Positions 25,982 to 37,607 of a stretch of 64,000 nt of DNA are shown here, piece after piece. Below the pieces are notes generated by a model. It did no database searches, was not told where the DNA came from, and saw nothing but the letters and a program-made list of their open reading frames with translations. The position numbers and the translations under genes were made by a program. The stretch's first letter is position 1. Each line of letters starts with the position of its first letter. The DNA is from Okamejei kenojei (taxonomy: Eukaryota), in assembly GCA_035221665.1 (NCBI GenBank), contig CM069154.1:992001-1056000 (forward strand). The letters are read 5' to 3'.

Positions 25982-27887
25982 TTTACTCTAGAAGAAAAAA
26001 TGTTAAATTCTGTTAAAGATTACACTAATATTTTTTGATCGAAATTACCAATGTTCTTTTTTCACAAACATTGGTTTTTCAAAGTGACTTAGTCTGCATA
26101 ATGTTGCAGCCAAGATTTATTTTAAAGGTTACAATGTTTTAGTTGTTTAAAAAAAAATGCTTAGTAGCTTGCTGACACATGCAAATGAGACACAATAAAA
26201 CAATGACTTGCAGTATATTACTATAAGGTGTAGAAAAAAATTCAAATAGATACATGGAAAATAAATTGTGTGGGCATGATCCACAAGACATTAAGAGCCA
26301 TATTACCCGCAATGGCAACTAATAATAATCACCAAGAAAATGTAGAATAGCTACAATAAAGTAATCAATTGTGTTGCACAAACGCCACATACACTCCCCA
26401 ACATTGCTTTGGACTAATCGTTAACCAGGAATGAAATAGCCATCACATTTTTTTCCATATGATGATATCCTGCCAGTGCTGTTGGACAGGGAGATTCAGG
26501 ATTTAGACTCTTTGACCATCATTATTGTTATCTGCCCTTATATATTCTTGTCCCATTGAGAAATATTTTAAGTACCATGGGAAGCTTTACCACATTAGAA
26601 GAGTTTTCTAAACACAAGTTGCCGTAGCCACACTACCATTTGTACGTTTACTTCACTACATTATCAGAATACAAAACTATGAGAACAATTCATTGAACAA
26701 TGAGCCTCATGAACCCCAATATGCTGCCCATTAGTCAGTATCCTTGTTCTCCTTAGTCAGGTTTGCTTGTATGTAAAGATCAATTGAAAACTTGAATAAG
26801 TAAAACCTGGCATGCTAACTTACAACAAAACAATACATTGACATAAAAGTTAGACAACTAACACACGGGCCCACGTTAGTTGCATGCCAGATGAAGCAGG
26901 AACAAGCATGGCCCTAATGTTTGAGGGAGAGAAAAAAAAAACAGAAGCATCAGTGGGCCAAATTGAGCTAGGTATGTCTGAAGGGAATCTCAGGCATTCA
27001 GCTGCTCCAGTGTCGTTGCATCCCAGCATAAATGAAGCAAGCATCTTAAATTAAAGAAAGTATTATGCTAGAATTGGGCCTCATCAGCGCACATGGAGTG
27101 CTTTCAAACTGTAGAATATAGGAGGGTCAGAAATATATCCTCCTTTAACAGCTCATCAGAAGCCACAGTGCAAGAATTATATGAAAAATAAATCACTGTG
27201 AGTATAAGAAAGTTACACAGCACAGAAAACAGGCGCTTTGACTCAATTATTTGGTGAATCAGGCACGTGATCAACCAAATTCAAACAGGCAGAGAGCATG
27301 ACAAGGAGCAATTATGTTTGAAATTATATTCAATATCTCATTGCTTTTCATTCTTTCATTGTTAAATCTTACTTTAAAAATGTAGACATTATATAAGATG
27401 CATCATAATCATCTAACCTGCAGAACAGATTTTTCTCCCCTGGTAATCTAATCATTGCTTCTCAAGTCTAACCTTTTGCATTCACCAATCCTTTAATCAC
27501 ACACTTGCACTGTGCACTCTTCCTTTTGTGTCTTTAACCTGATGCCTTCCACCTGACCAAAGACAGATCTCAAATATGATCTTTATTTCCACTAAAGTAA
27601 ATTTCAGAGCCCTAAAGCAGCCATGATTCAAACAAATTAATGGAATTTAACTGAAAACTAGTTGAGATGGAAAATAGCCTCCCAGCCCACTCCACCATTC
27701 AATTTCTTCCCAAACATTACCTGACCTTCATATCCTTAGCACTTTGAATTTATTAATAATCAGGTTGCAAGTAAAGAATTGCAAAGTTAAAAAATCTGAA
27801 ATAAGTGTTGAACATACTCAGAAAGTCAGACAACATCTATGGAGAAAAACATTGACTCCAATATTTAGGGTAGTAAACCCGGATCGT

Positions 27888-28185
27888 ACAGTGGCGCAGC
27901 TAGTAGAGCTGCTAACTTAGTGCCAGTGATCTAGATCCAATCTTAACCTCAAATATTGTCCGTGTGGAGTTTTAAGGATCTCCATGTGATCGTGTGAGTT
28001 TTCTCCGCCACATCTCAAACACGTGCGGGTTTGTAGGTTAATTGGCCTCTATAAATTGTCTTGAGTGTAGGGAGAGGACGCGAAAGTGGGATAACATAGA
28101 ACTAGTGTGACTGGGTGATCTATGGTTGGCGTGGACTCGCTGGGCAAAGGGCCAGTTTCAGTGCTGTATTTTTAAACTAAACTAA
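27888..28185 (+). mobile_element. tRNA-derived SINE (HE1-like)
   Basis: Same architecture as the 6735 copy; (TAAAC)n tail. Confidence 0.8.
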
Positions 28186-30165
28186 TCCAGAAAACAAGAT
28201 GTTTCAAGTCACTGAGGAGGCAATAATGTTGAGAGACCAATGGTGGAAATCAAGACATATGGATTGAACAGATAATAGGGAGGGCAGCTGACAAGAGGGC
28301 TTGTCCTCTAACCAGTTATTGTCGGGAGACAAGTGGGAAGAGAGAAATGAGGAGAAAAACAGTACTGGTGTGACAGAACCCAACAGTTGCTGAAAACGTG
28401 AAGTGAAGGATAACACTGGAATGCAGCAGGTCAGGCAGCAAGCACCTGCGGAGAGATAACCTGTTATCATTAGCGCCATGTGTAGGAAGGAACTGCAGAT
28501 GCTGGTTGAAACCAAAGATAGACACAAAAAGCTGGAGTAACTCAGCAGGACAAGCAGCATCTCTGGAGAGAAGGAATGGGTGACGTAGAAACATAGAAAA
28601 TAGGTGCAGGAGTAGGCATTTGGCCCTTCGAGCCTGCACCACCATTCAATATGATTATGGCTGATCATCCAACTCAGTATCCTGTACCTCTCCAGAAAGG
28701 ATCTCTCCATTCCCCCGGTTCTCTTTAGCCACAAGGGCCACATCTAACTCCCTCTTAAATATAGCCAATGAACTGGCCTCAACTACCTTCTGTGGCAGAC
28801 AATCCCACAGATTCACAACTCTCTGTGTGAAAAATAATTTTCTCATCTTGGTCCTAAAAGACTTCCCCCTTATCCTTAAACTGTGACCCCTTGTTCTGGA
28901 CTTCCCCAACATTGGGAACAATCTTCCTGCATCTAGCCTGTCCAACCCCTTAAGAATTTTATAACTCTCTATAAGATCCCCCCTCGATCTTCTAAATTAG
29001 AAGATCGAGGGGGGATCTTCAATACTCGAGTACAAGCCGAGTCTATCCAGTCTTTCTTCATATGAAAGTCCTGCCATCACAGGAATCAGTCCGGTGAACC
29101 TTCTCTGTACTCCCTCTATGGCAAGAATGTCCTTCCTCAGATTAGGAGACCAAAATTGTACGCAATACTCCAGGTGTGGCCTCACCAAGACCCTGTACAA
29201 CTGCAGTAGAACCTCCCTGCTCTTATACTCAAATCCTTTTGCTATGAATGCTAACATACAATTCGCTTTCTTCACTGCCTGCTGCACTTGCATGCCTACT
29301 TTCAATGACTGGTGTACCATGACACCCAGGTCTTGTTGCATCTCCCCTTTTCCTAATCGGCCACCATTCAGATAATAGTCTACTTTCCTGTTTTTGCCAC
29401 CAAAGTGGATAACCTCACATTTATCCACATTACACTGCATCTGCCATGCATTTGCCCACTCACCAAACCTATCCAAGTCACCTTGCAGCCTCCTAGCATC
29501 CTCCTCACAGCTAACACAGCCCCCAGCTCCGTGTCATCCCCAAACTTGGAGATGTTGCATTCAATTCTCTCATCCAGATCATTAATATATATTGTAAATA
29601 GCTGGGGTCCCAGCACTGAGCCTTGCGGTACCCCACTAGTCACTGCCTGCCATTCTGAAAAGGATCCGTTTACTCCTACTCTTTGCTTCCTGTCTGCCAG
29701 CCAGTTCTCTATCCACATCAATACTGAACCCCCAATACCGTGTGCTTTAAGTTTGTATACTAATCTCTTATGTGGGACCTTGTCGAAAGCCTTCTGAAAG
29801 TCCAGATATAACACACCCACTGGTTCTCCCTTATCCACTCTACGTTACATCCTCAAAAAATTCTATAAGATTCGTCAGCGTTGATTTACCTTTCATAAAT
29901 CCATGCTGACGTTGCCCAATGATTTCACCACTTTCCAAATGTGCTGCTATTCCATCTTTAATAACTGACTCTAGCATTTTCCCCACTACCGATGTTAGAC
30001 TAACTGGTCTGTAATTCCCTGCTTTCTCTCTCCCTCCCATTTTAAAAACTGGGGTTACATTAGCTACCTTCCAATCATCAGGAACTACTCCAGAATCTAA
30101 AGAGTTTTGAAAAATTATCACTAACGCATCCAATATTTCTGGGGCTACCTCCTTAAGTATTCTGT

Positions 30166-30622
30166 CATACCTGCCAACTTGTGAGAATGAAAAATCGGAA
30201 TCCTATTAGTCTGACGTCAGTGAGGGCGGGGCACGTGACGTCACTAAGGGGCGGGGCATGTGACGTCAGTAAGGGGCGGGGTACGTGACGTCAGTCAGGG
30301 GCGGGGTACGTGACGTCAGTGAGGGCGGGAAAGTGACGTTAGTGCGGGGGGGGGGCAAGTGACGCCGAACGCCACCGTGGCGGGGCGGGGTCATGTGGCT
30401 GCGTGCTGACGTACACCCGTGCGTGCCCCCATAAGCGGCGCAGGCGCGGTGCGCTCTCTCGCTGTCTCCTCGCCGCCGCCGCCGCCATGGGTCGCATGCA
30501 CGCTTCCATCCCAATTCCGAATTCCAATTTTTTTCGGAATATTGAGGAAAAAAATCGGAATTCGGAATTGGGATGGAAAAATCGGAAGAATTCCGCCCAA
30601 ATCGGAATGGTTGGCAGGTATG
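30166..30622 (+). mobile_element. Non-autonomous TIR DNA transposon (13-bp TIR CATACCTGCCAAC, 6-bp TSD TTCTGT) inserted in the CR1
   Basis: TIRs 30166-30178 and 30610-30622; TSD 30160-30165 and 30623-30628; subterminal AAATCGGAA repeats at both ends. Superfamily tentatively hAT-related. Confidence 0.92.
30430..30504 (+). pseudogene. RPS13: RPS13-like 5' end (pyrimidine-rich start, Kozak context, MGRMHA)
   Basis: CTCTCTCGCTGTCTCCTCGCCGCCGCCGCCGCC ATG GGT CGC ATG CAC GCT (ATG at 30487). RPS13 begins MGRMHAPG in its short exon 1. Only 6 codons support the call. Confidence 0.7.
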
Positions 30623-30948
30623 TTCTGTGATGCAGCCTATCTGGCCCTGGCTATTTCCGGCAGATTATTTATGTCTTCCTTAGTGAAGACAGAACCAAAG
30701 TAGTTATTCCATTGGTCTGCCATGTCCTTGTTCCCCATGATCAATTCACCAGTTTCTGACTGCAAGGGACCTACATTTGTTTTAACTAACCTTTTTCTCT
30801 TCACAGATCTAGAAAAACCTTTACAGTCAGTTTTTATGTTCCCTGCTAGTTTTCTTTCATAATCTATTTCACCTTTCCTAATTAAGCCCTTTGTCCTCCT
30901 CTGCTGGACTCTGAATTTCTCCCAGTCCTCTGGTAGGCTGCTTTTTCT

Positions 30949-31737
30949 TGGCACTTGGAAAACTTTATTGTCATTCAGACCTTGTGGTCTGAACGAAATT
31001 TCGTTGCCTGCAGTCATACATATAATAAATAACAACACACAATAAACACATATTTAACATCCACCACAGTGAGTTCACCAGACACCTCCTCACTGTGGTG
31101 GAAGGCAAAAACCTTGTCTTTGTCTCTTCCCTTCTTCCTCTTCCTCTGCGCTGAGGCGATCCAGGCCTCCGATGTTGTGACCGCACCGGGTGATGTAAAT
31201 AAGTCCCACGGGTGAACCGTGGCCCGGGGCGGTCGAAGCTGCCGTCCCCCAGTCCAGCGGACGCAGCTGTTGCCGCGGGAGCTCCAGAAAAACAGGTCAT
31301 CAACCTGTGACCTGCGAGCTCCCGACGATGTCGTCCACTGGGCCCACGGCCGGGCCTCCAAAGTCGCTGCCGCCGCCACCGCCACCGGAAAGCCGCCACA
31401 GCTCCGAGTCGGGCCGCCGGGACGCCTGAAACCCGCTGCAGCCCCGCGCTGGTAAGTCCTGGCTCTACCTCCGGAGCCTCGGGTCGGTGGCAGTTAAAGT
31501 TGGAGGCCGCCATTTCCGCGATAAGACTCAGCGGAGATGGAGACGGGGGATACGACAAGAAAAGTCGCGTCCCCCGAAAAGGAAGATACTAAGATCATTT
31601 CTCCCACCCCTCCCACACACATACACTACATAATAACTCAAACTAACGCTAACAACAAGACAAGAAAACAACAAATAAAAAGAAAAACAGACGGACTGCA
31701 GGCTAGCCGCCGCTGCCAGGGCAGTGCCGCCACTTCC
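30949..31737 (-). mobile_element. Non-autonomous GC-rich retroelement inserted in the CR1
   Basis: Interrupts the CR1 sequence ctttttct/ggctaat (possible TTCT TSD); 3' hairpins, AATAAA and short tandem tail; related to copies at 42180 and 46410. Confidence 0.75.
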
Positions 31738-33303
31738 TTCTGGCTAATTTGTATGCTTCATCTTTTGTTTTGATATTATCCCTGATTTCCCTTGTTATCC
31801 ACGGATGCACTACCTTCCCTGATTTATTCTTTTGCCAAACTGGGATGAACGATTGTTGCAGTTCATCCATGCAGTCTTCAAATGCCTTCCATTGCATATC
31901 CACCGTCAACCCTTTAAGAATCACTTGCCAGTCTATCTTGGCCAATTCACATCTCATACCCTCAAAGTTACCTTTCTTTAAGTTCAGAATCCTTGTTTCT
32001 GAATTAACAATGTCACTCTCCATCGTAATGAAGAACTCAACCATATTATGGTCACTCTTGCCCAAGGGGCCACGCACAACAAGACTGCTAACTAACCCTT
32101 CCTCATTACTCAGTACCCAGTCTAGAACAGCCTGCTCTCTCGTTGGTTCCTCGACATGTTGGTTTAGAAAACTATCCCGCATACATTCCAAGAAATCCTC
32201 TTCCTCAGCACCCCTGCCAATTTGATTCACCCAATCTATATGTAGATTGAAGTCACCCATTATACCCGTTTTACCTTTGTTGCACACATTTCTAATTTCC
32301 TGTTTAATGCCATCCACAACTCCACTACTACTGTTAGGTGGCCTGTACGCAACTCCCAGTAGCATTTTCTGCCCCTTAGTGTTTCGCAGCTCCACCCATA
32401 TCGATTCCACATCCTCCAAGCTAATGCCCTTACTTTCTATTGCGTTAATCTCCTCTTTAACCAGCAACACAACTCCACCTCCTTTTCCTTTCTGTCTTTC
32501 CCTCCTGAATATTGAATATCCCTGGATGTTCAGCTCCCAGCCTTGGTCCCCCTGGAGCCATGTCTCCGTGATCCCAACTATATCATATTCATTAATAACT
32601 ATCTGCACATTCAACTCATCCACCTTATTACGAATGCTCCTTGCATTGAGATACCAAGCCTTCAGGCTTGTTTTTACAACACTCTTACCCCTTATACAAT
32701 TATGTTGAAGAGTGGCCCTTTTTGATTTTTCTGCCTGCCACTTCTACTTTTCACCTTGCTACCTATTGCTTCTACCCTCATTTTACACCCCTCTGTCTCT
32801 CGGCTCATGCTCTCATCCCCCTCTTGACCCAAAACGCCACCCATTCCTTCTCTCCAGAGATGCTGCCAGTCCCGCTGAGTTACTCCAGTTTTTTGTGTCT
32901 GTCATTAGAGCCATATGGTCATAAGGGTAAGGAGCAAAATTAGGCCATTCCGCCTTGTTTGTCCGTCCTCCATCCCACACATGGTGATTGCCTGGTGCCC
33001 GGCATCGTCTCAGTCCTTCACAGGCACTTTGTCCATTCCCCCACTGCCAGGCAGCACTGGCTATGCTGGTTGAACCCCGGCCCGACCAAGAACTACCCAC
33101 CCCCTCCATCTTCCCCATCTTCCCCCCCTCGTCCCTCTCCACCCACTCTGATGGCGCCCTGCCTCCAGCTCAGGTCTGAGCGCAGCCTGTCCACTGCCTC
33201 CATTCCCAGCCGGGGTCCCAGTGCTTGGTGCCTGCCACCCACACTATCTCAATACTGGCAACACATCCCACCCCCACCTTTTCAGAATCAAGGACATGCC
33301 GCT

Positions 33304-33335
<32 letters not shown>

Positions 33336-33469
33336 TCCACCGGGAACACCCCTCTCCCCGCCCCCTATTCACCTCAGAACCAAGGGCATTCAGTATACAC
33401 CCACCCCCATTTCAGCACCAGGGACACATTCTCACACCCCACCCCACATTTACCTCAGCACCGGGGACA

Positions 33470-34180
33470 TCGCCGTCCCGCCCGCCCGCCCTCGCTGACC
33501 GACTGCACTGAGCGCGCTCCCGCTCCCGCGCCCGCCACAAAGCCCGCGAGCGCCGCTCACACAACCCCCGACCCTCACCCCTCCTCTCTCCCATCCCACC
33601 CCCACCTGCCGATTGGTCGGATCCGCTGGCCGCTCTGCCTGCCCTGCCGGCGGTTGCGACTACACTCGCCGCGGGGGTGATGGGAGGGTGCAGGTGTCGG
33701 GGGAGGGGAGTGTTGACGTCACCATGGGCGCGCGGGTCACGTGTGTGGGGGGAGGGGAGGAGGCGGCGGCGGCGGCGGCCGGTGCAAGATGTCGCTGCAG
33801 CCGAGGAAAGGTAAGGGGAGGACAGCGGAGACCCACCGACCCACTCACCGGCCCCCGACCCACCGAGCCACCGACCGTCCCGCCGCCCGGGCCGGGGAGG
33901 ACGTGCTGCTCCCTGCAGCGGCCGATCGTGGCTGGCAGCTGTGTGCGGCTGTCACTGAGCCCGCGGCCCGGAATGCCGGCTGCCGACAGCTGCTGGAGCC
34001 GGTGTAGGGGATGCTGTCAGCCGGCATGGTGGCGTCCCGTCCTCCGCAGGGCAAGCTGGCGCCAACCCCCCGCCCCCCAGGGCAGGCTGGCGGGTTCCCC
34101 CGGGGAGCTGTGTGTCAACCACACCATTACCTCGGTCCCTTCCCCTACACCTCCCGGTTTAATCTCAGCTCACGCCGCTA
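33470..34180. promoter_or_regulatory. CpG island / bidirectional promoter shared by YOD1 (-) and PFKFB2 (+)
   Basis: Very GC- and CpG-rich. Inverted CCAAT at 33612, palindromic CRE TGACGTCA at 33714-33721, GACTACA (ZNF143-like) at 33658. Candidate minus-strand donors near 33499 and 33578. The head-to-head YOD1/PFKFB2 arrangement is also seen in mammals. Confidence 0.8.
33789..33810 (+). CDS. PFKFB2: PFKFB2 predicted first coding exon (MSLQPRK, phase 1)
   Basis: aagATG in the CpG island followed by strong donor AAAG|gtaagg; phase 1 is compatible with the exons at 44009 and 45203. Confidence 0.65.
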
Positions 34181-34441
34181 CTTGAAAGTATCTCATTGAT
34201 TAACTCTCACAAAGTGATCAGAATCATCGCGCAAGTTCAGCAGAGACTGTAAGGGATCATCAGACCCGTCAGTCAGGTGGAAAAAAAACAGGGCTTGAAA
34301 GAGATCCAGGTTCACTGACAAGTGACAAGTCCCTGAGTGGGGTAGGAAGGAAGTGCAGATGCTGTTTTACACCGAAGATAGACACAAAGTGCTGAAGTAA
34401 CTCAGCGGGTCAGTCAGTATCTCTGTTGAAAAGGAATAGGT

Positions 34442-34469
34442 GACGTTTCGGGTCGAGACCCTTCTTCAG
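34442..34469 (-). ncRNA. Minimal hammerhead ribozyme motif (Penelope-associated)
   Basis: Minus strand CUGAAGA-A-GGGU-CUCG-ACCC-GAAA-C-GUC. Confidence 0.65.
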
Positions 34470-34924
34470 ACTGAGAGTCCGGGGAGAGGGAAATTAGAGT
34501 AAAATAACTTAAATAGAACAAATTAATAAAAATAAACACAAAAAACAACGATGATCAGGAAAGTTGGAGCCCACAATGATCCATTGTGTGACCTGCATGA
34601 ATGGGACTGTGCTGATTCTCAGAAAAGCTGCCCCACATTTCATACTAATGATCTTTAAAACACAACCTAATCAGCACCTTCCCATTCATAGTCGCCACAG
34701 ACAACAGGAAATATTCAAAAGGACACAAAATGCTGGAGTAACTCAGTGGGCTAGGCAACATTTATGGATAGGTGACATTTCGGATCAGGACCCTACTTCA
34801 GCGCCGGTCTGAAGAAACATCACCTATCCGTGTTCTCCGGAGTTGCTGCCTAATCTGCTGATTTACGCCAGGATGTTGTCTTTTTTTGTAAACTGGCGTC
34901 CGCAGTTCCTTGTATCTACAGAAT

Positions 34925-35512
34925 CACAAACTATCTCGCTGGCCCTCCACTCCGCTCTGGACCACTTGGACAACAAAAACTCATATGTCAGGCTGTTATT
35001 CAATGATTACAGCTCAGCATTTAATACTATCATCCCCTCCAAGCTGGTTACTAAACTCGCATAACTGGGTCTCTGCGCATCCCTCTGCAATTGGATCCTC
35101 GACTTCCTCATTCACAGACCACAGTCTGTTCGTATTGGTGGAAATGTGTCAGACACGATAACAATCAGCACGGGAGCACCTCAAGGCTGCGTGCTCAGCC
35201 CCCTGCTGTACTCACTCTATAGTCATGACTGTTAGCCGGTCATAGTGCGAACTCCATCATCAAGTTCGCTGATGACACCACTGTTGTGGGACGTATCACT
35301 GATGGGGATGAGTCAGAGTATAGAAGAGAGATCGAGCAACTTCCATAAGGTGCCAGCACAATAACCTGGCCCTCAACACCAGTAAAACCAAGGAACTGAT
35401 TGTGGACTTTGGAAGGAGTAGGATGGGGACCCAGTCCCATTTATATCAACGGGTCGATGGTTGAAAGGGTCAAGAGCTTCAAATTCCTGGGCGTGCACAT
35501 CTCTGAAGATCT
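34925..35512 (+). mobile_element. Rex-Babar LINE RT fragment
   Basis: [54 protein letters not shown]. Confidence 0.88.
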
Positions 35513-36354
35513 TTGTTTAATTTGTCCATTATTTCTTAATTTCCCCATCATACATTCTTCTGTCTTTGTAAGGATCCCAGATTTGCTCTGACTAGTCTTT
35601 GTTAATGTAGAATCTTTTGTAGCGGCAGATTTTTATATCGTTCAAGAGATTACCCCCTCTAGCCTCTAAGTGGACTGCATGGCTAAGGGGAATGTCTTTG
35701 TTCACATGCGAGCTCTCCATCCGAGACCTTCAGTGCTTCTTCACAGATAAATCTTCAAAATACAGTCCTTTGATTAATAAATTCTTTATTGTGGATTAAC
35801 AACAATAAGGTACATCCAAACCTCTTCCGACTCGTACACTATAATCTTCATCGAACTCCAGCTTATGGCATTAAACGTTAAAAAACTCTTCGTGTCTCCG
35901 TTACACTTTGCATGATCGAAGGGTAAACCTTCCCCATAGTCCTAAACTAATACTGAAAACTAAGCTTCTGCGCAAGAAACCTAGCTCCAAACACGCCCTA
36001 AAATACGTCGTAAATCCTACCCACAATATAACGGGCAGTCTAAAATGTAAAGATATATGCCATCATCAATGACACACAAAACAAGCCAAATGGCCAAGCT
36101 TTTAGTCTTTAATGCTGCTTATTAGTTAACTCTCATTTGACTTCCCTTAATTGATTCTTTGGTCACTGTTCTTAATTCTGCAGCACTCAAGTTTACTGCA
36201 TTTTCTGGGGACTTTATAAGATGTTTTAAACTTATAGCTGGACTACTTTATCTGTTGTATTTGTGCCTTAAAGGAATGCAAGGTCAATAGTGGAGAAGAA
36301 TACAGAAAATATAACAACTGCATAATCTTAAAACTGATTAATATTTTAGGCTGG

Positions 36355-37180
36355 ATGAATGAACGAATGAATAAGTTTATTGGCCAAGTATTCACATACA
36401 AGGAATTTGCCTTGGTGCTCTGCCCGCAAGTGACAGCGTGACATACAGTGACAGTTAAGAATGATACATAGAAACATAGAAATTAGGTGCAGGAGTAGGC
36501 CATTCAGCCCTTCGAGCCTGCACCGCCATTCAATATGATCATGGCTGATCATCCAACTCAGTATCCTGTACCTGCCTTCTCTCCATACCCCCTGATCCCC
36601 TTAGCCACAAAGGCCACATCTAACTCCCTCTTAAATATAGCCAATAAACTGGCCTCAACTACCCTCTGTGGCAGAGAGTTCCAGAGACTCACCATTCTCT
36701 GTGTGAAAAAAGTCTTTCTCATCTCGGTCTTAAAGGATTTCCCTCTTATCCTTAAGAATTAACATTAACCATTAATAATCAAACATTATTAATTGATTAA
36801 TTATTAATCAATTATTGATTAAACATGTGAATTAATTAAAATACCAGAGCAAAAGGAGGCTACAGATTTTTGGTTATTGAGTAGAGCTACTACTCGTGAA
36901 AAAAAAGCTGTTTTTATGTCTGGCTGTGGCAGCTTTGACAGTCCAGTCGCCTTCCAGAGGGAAGTGATTCAAAGAGTTTGTGGCCAGGGTCAGAAGGGTC
37001 AGAGATGATCTTACCTGCTCGCTTCCTGGCCCTTGCAGTGAACAGTTCTTCTGTGGTGGGAAGGTTGCAGCCAATAACCTTCTCAGCTGATCGGACGATT
37101 CGCTGCAGCCTCCGAATGTCGATGGATTGAGGATTTTTTGAGATGTACACATTGGAAAAAGTTCTGTAAACATAAGGAAT
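36355..37180 (-). mobile_element. Rex-Babar LINE 3' end with a nested CR1 3' fragment (36468-36757)
   Basis: RLQRIVRSAEKVIGCNLP...HKLFESLPSGRRL; (TTCA)n tail. Confidence 0.75.
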
Positions 37181-37607
37181 TGTGGATGCTGGGTTATAAA
37201 AATAAACAGAGTAACTCAGCGGGTGAGGCAGCATCTCTGGTGGATAGGTGACAATGTGGGTTGGGACTCTTCTTCGGATTGGAGACTAAGAGAAAGTTAC
37301 TTTGATATCTGGAGACACAGAGACCGCAGAATCTGGAGCAAAATAACCAAACCGTTGGAGGAGTTGAGCGGGTCAGTATCTGTGGAGGGAAGAGAAGGGA
37401 ATTGTCATTGTTTTGGAGTCGAGAACCTGCATCTGGACTGAGTATGTAGTGGGATGATAGCCAGTATAGAGAAATAAGAGGGGGGTGAGGCAGAGGCTAG
37501 TAGGTAATAGGTGACTATATAAGAAGGGAAAGAAGGCAGATGAGGGAGAGGCTGGTAGGTAATAAAAAATAACTGGTTTATACCACAGCTAGACAAAATG
37601 CTGGAGT

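Larger units (their letters stand above)
28587..32800 (-). mobile_element. CR1-clade LINE, near-complete but disrupted ORF2 + 3' UTR, with nested insertions
   Basis: Endonuclease (LNARS...IVGITETWL, GGGV, MGDFN, LDWV, SDH); RT ([31 protein letters not shown]); C-terminal LVRPHLEYCVQFWSP; TTTCTATG-type tail. Located in YOD1 intron 1. Confidence 0.95.

Noticed and set aside
30971-31558. 195-aa ORF (and the 232-aa ORF at 46513-47211)
   Set aside because: Lie within GC-rich non-autonomous repeats, are not conserved between copies, and have no recognisable domain.
32959-34199. Multiple Pro/Gly/Arg-rich ORFs
   Set aside because: Artefact of CpG-island composition; only the 22-nt PFKFB2 exon has splice support.
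35615-36050. Possible solo LTR or other mobile fragment
   Set aside because: Could not define matching termini or a TSD.
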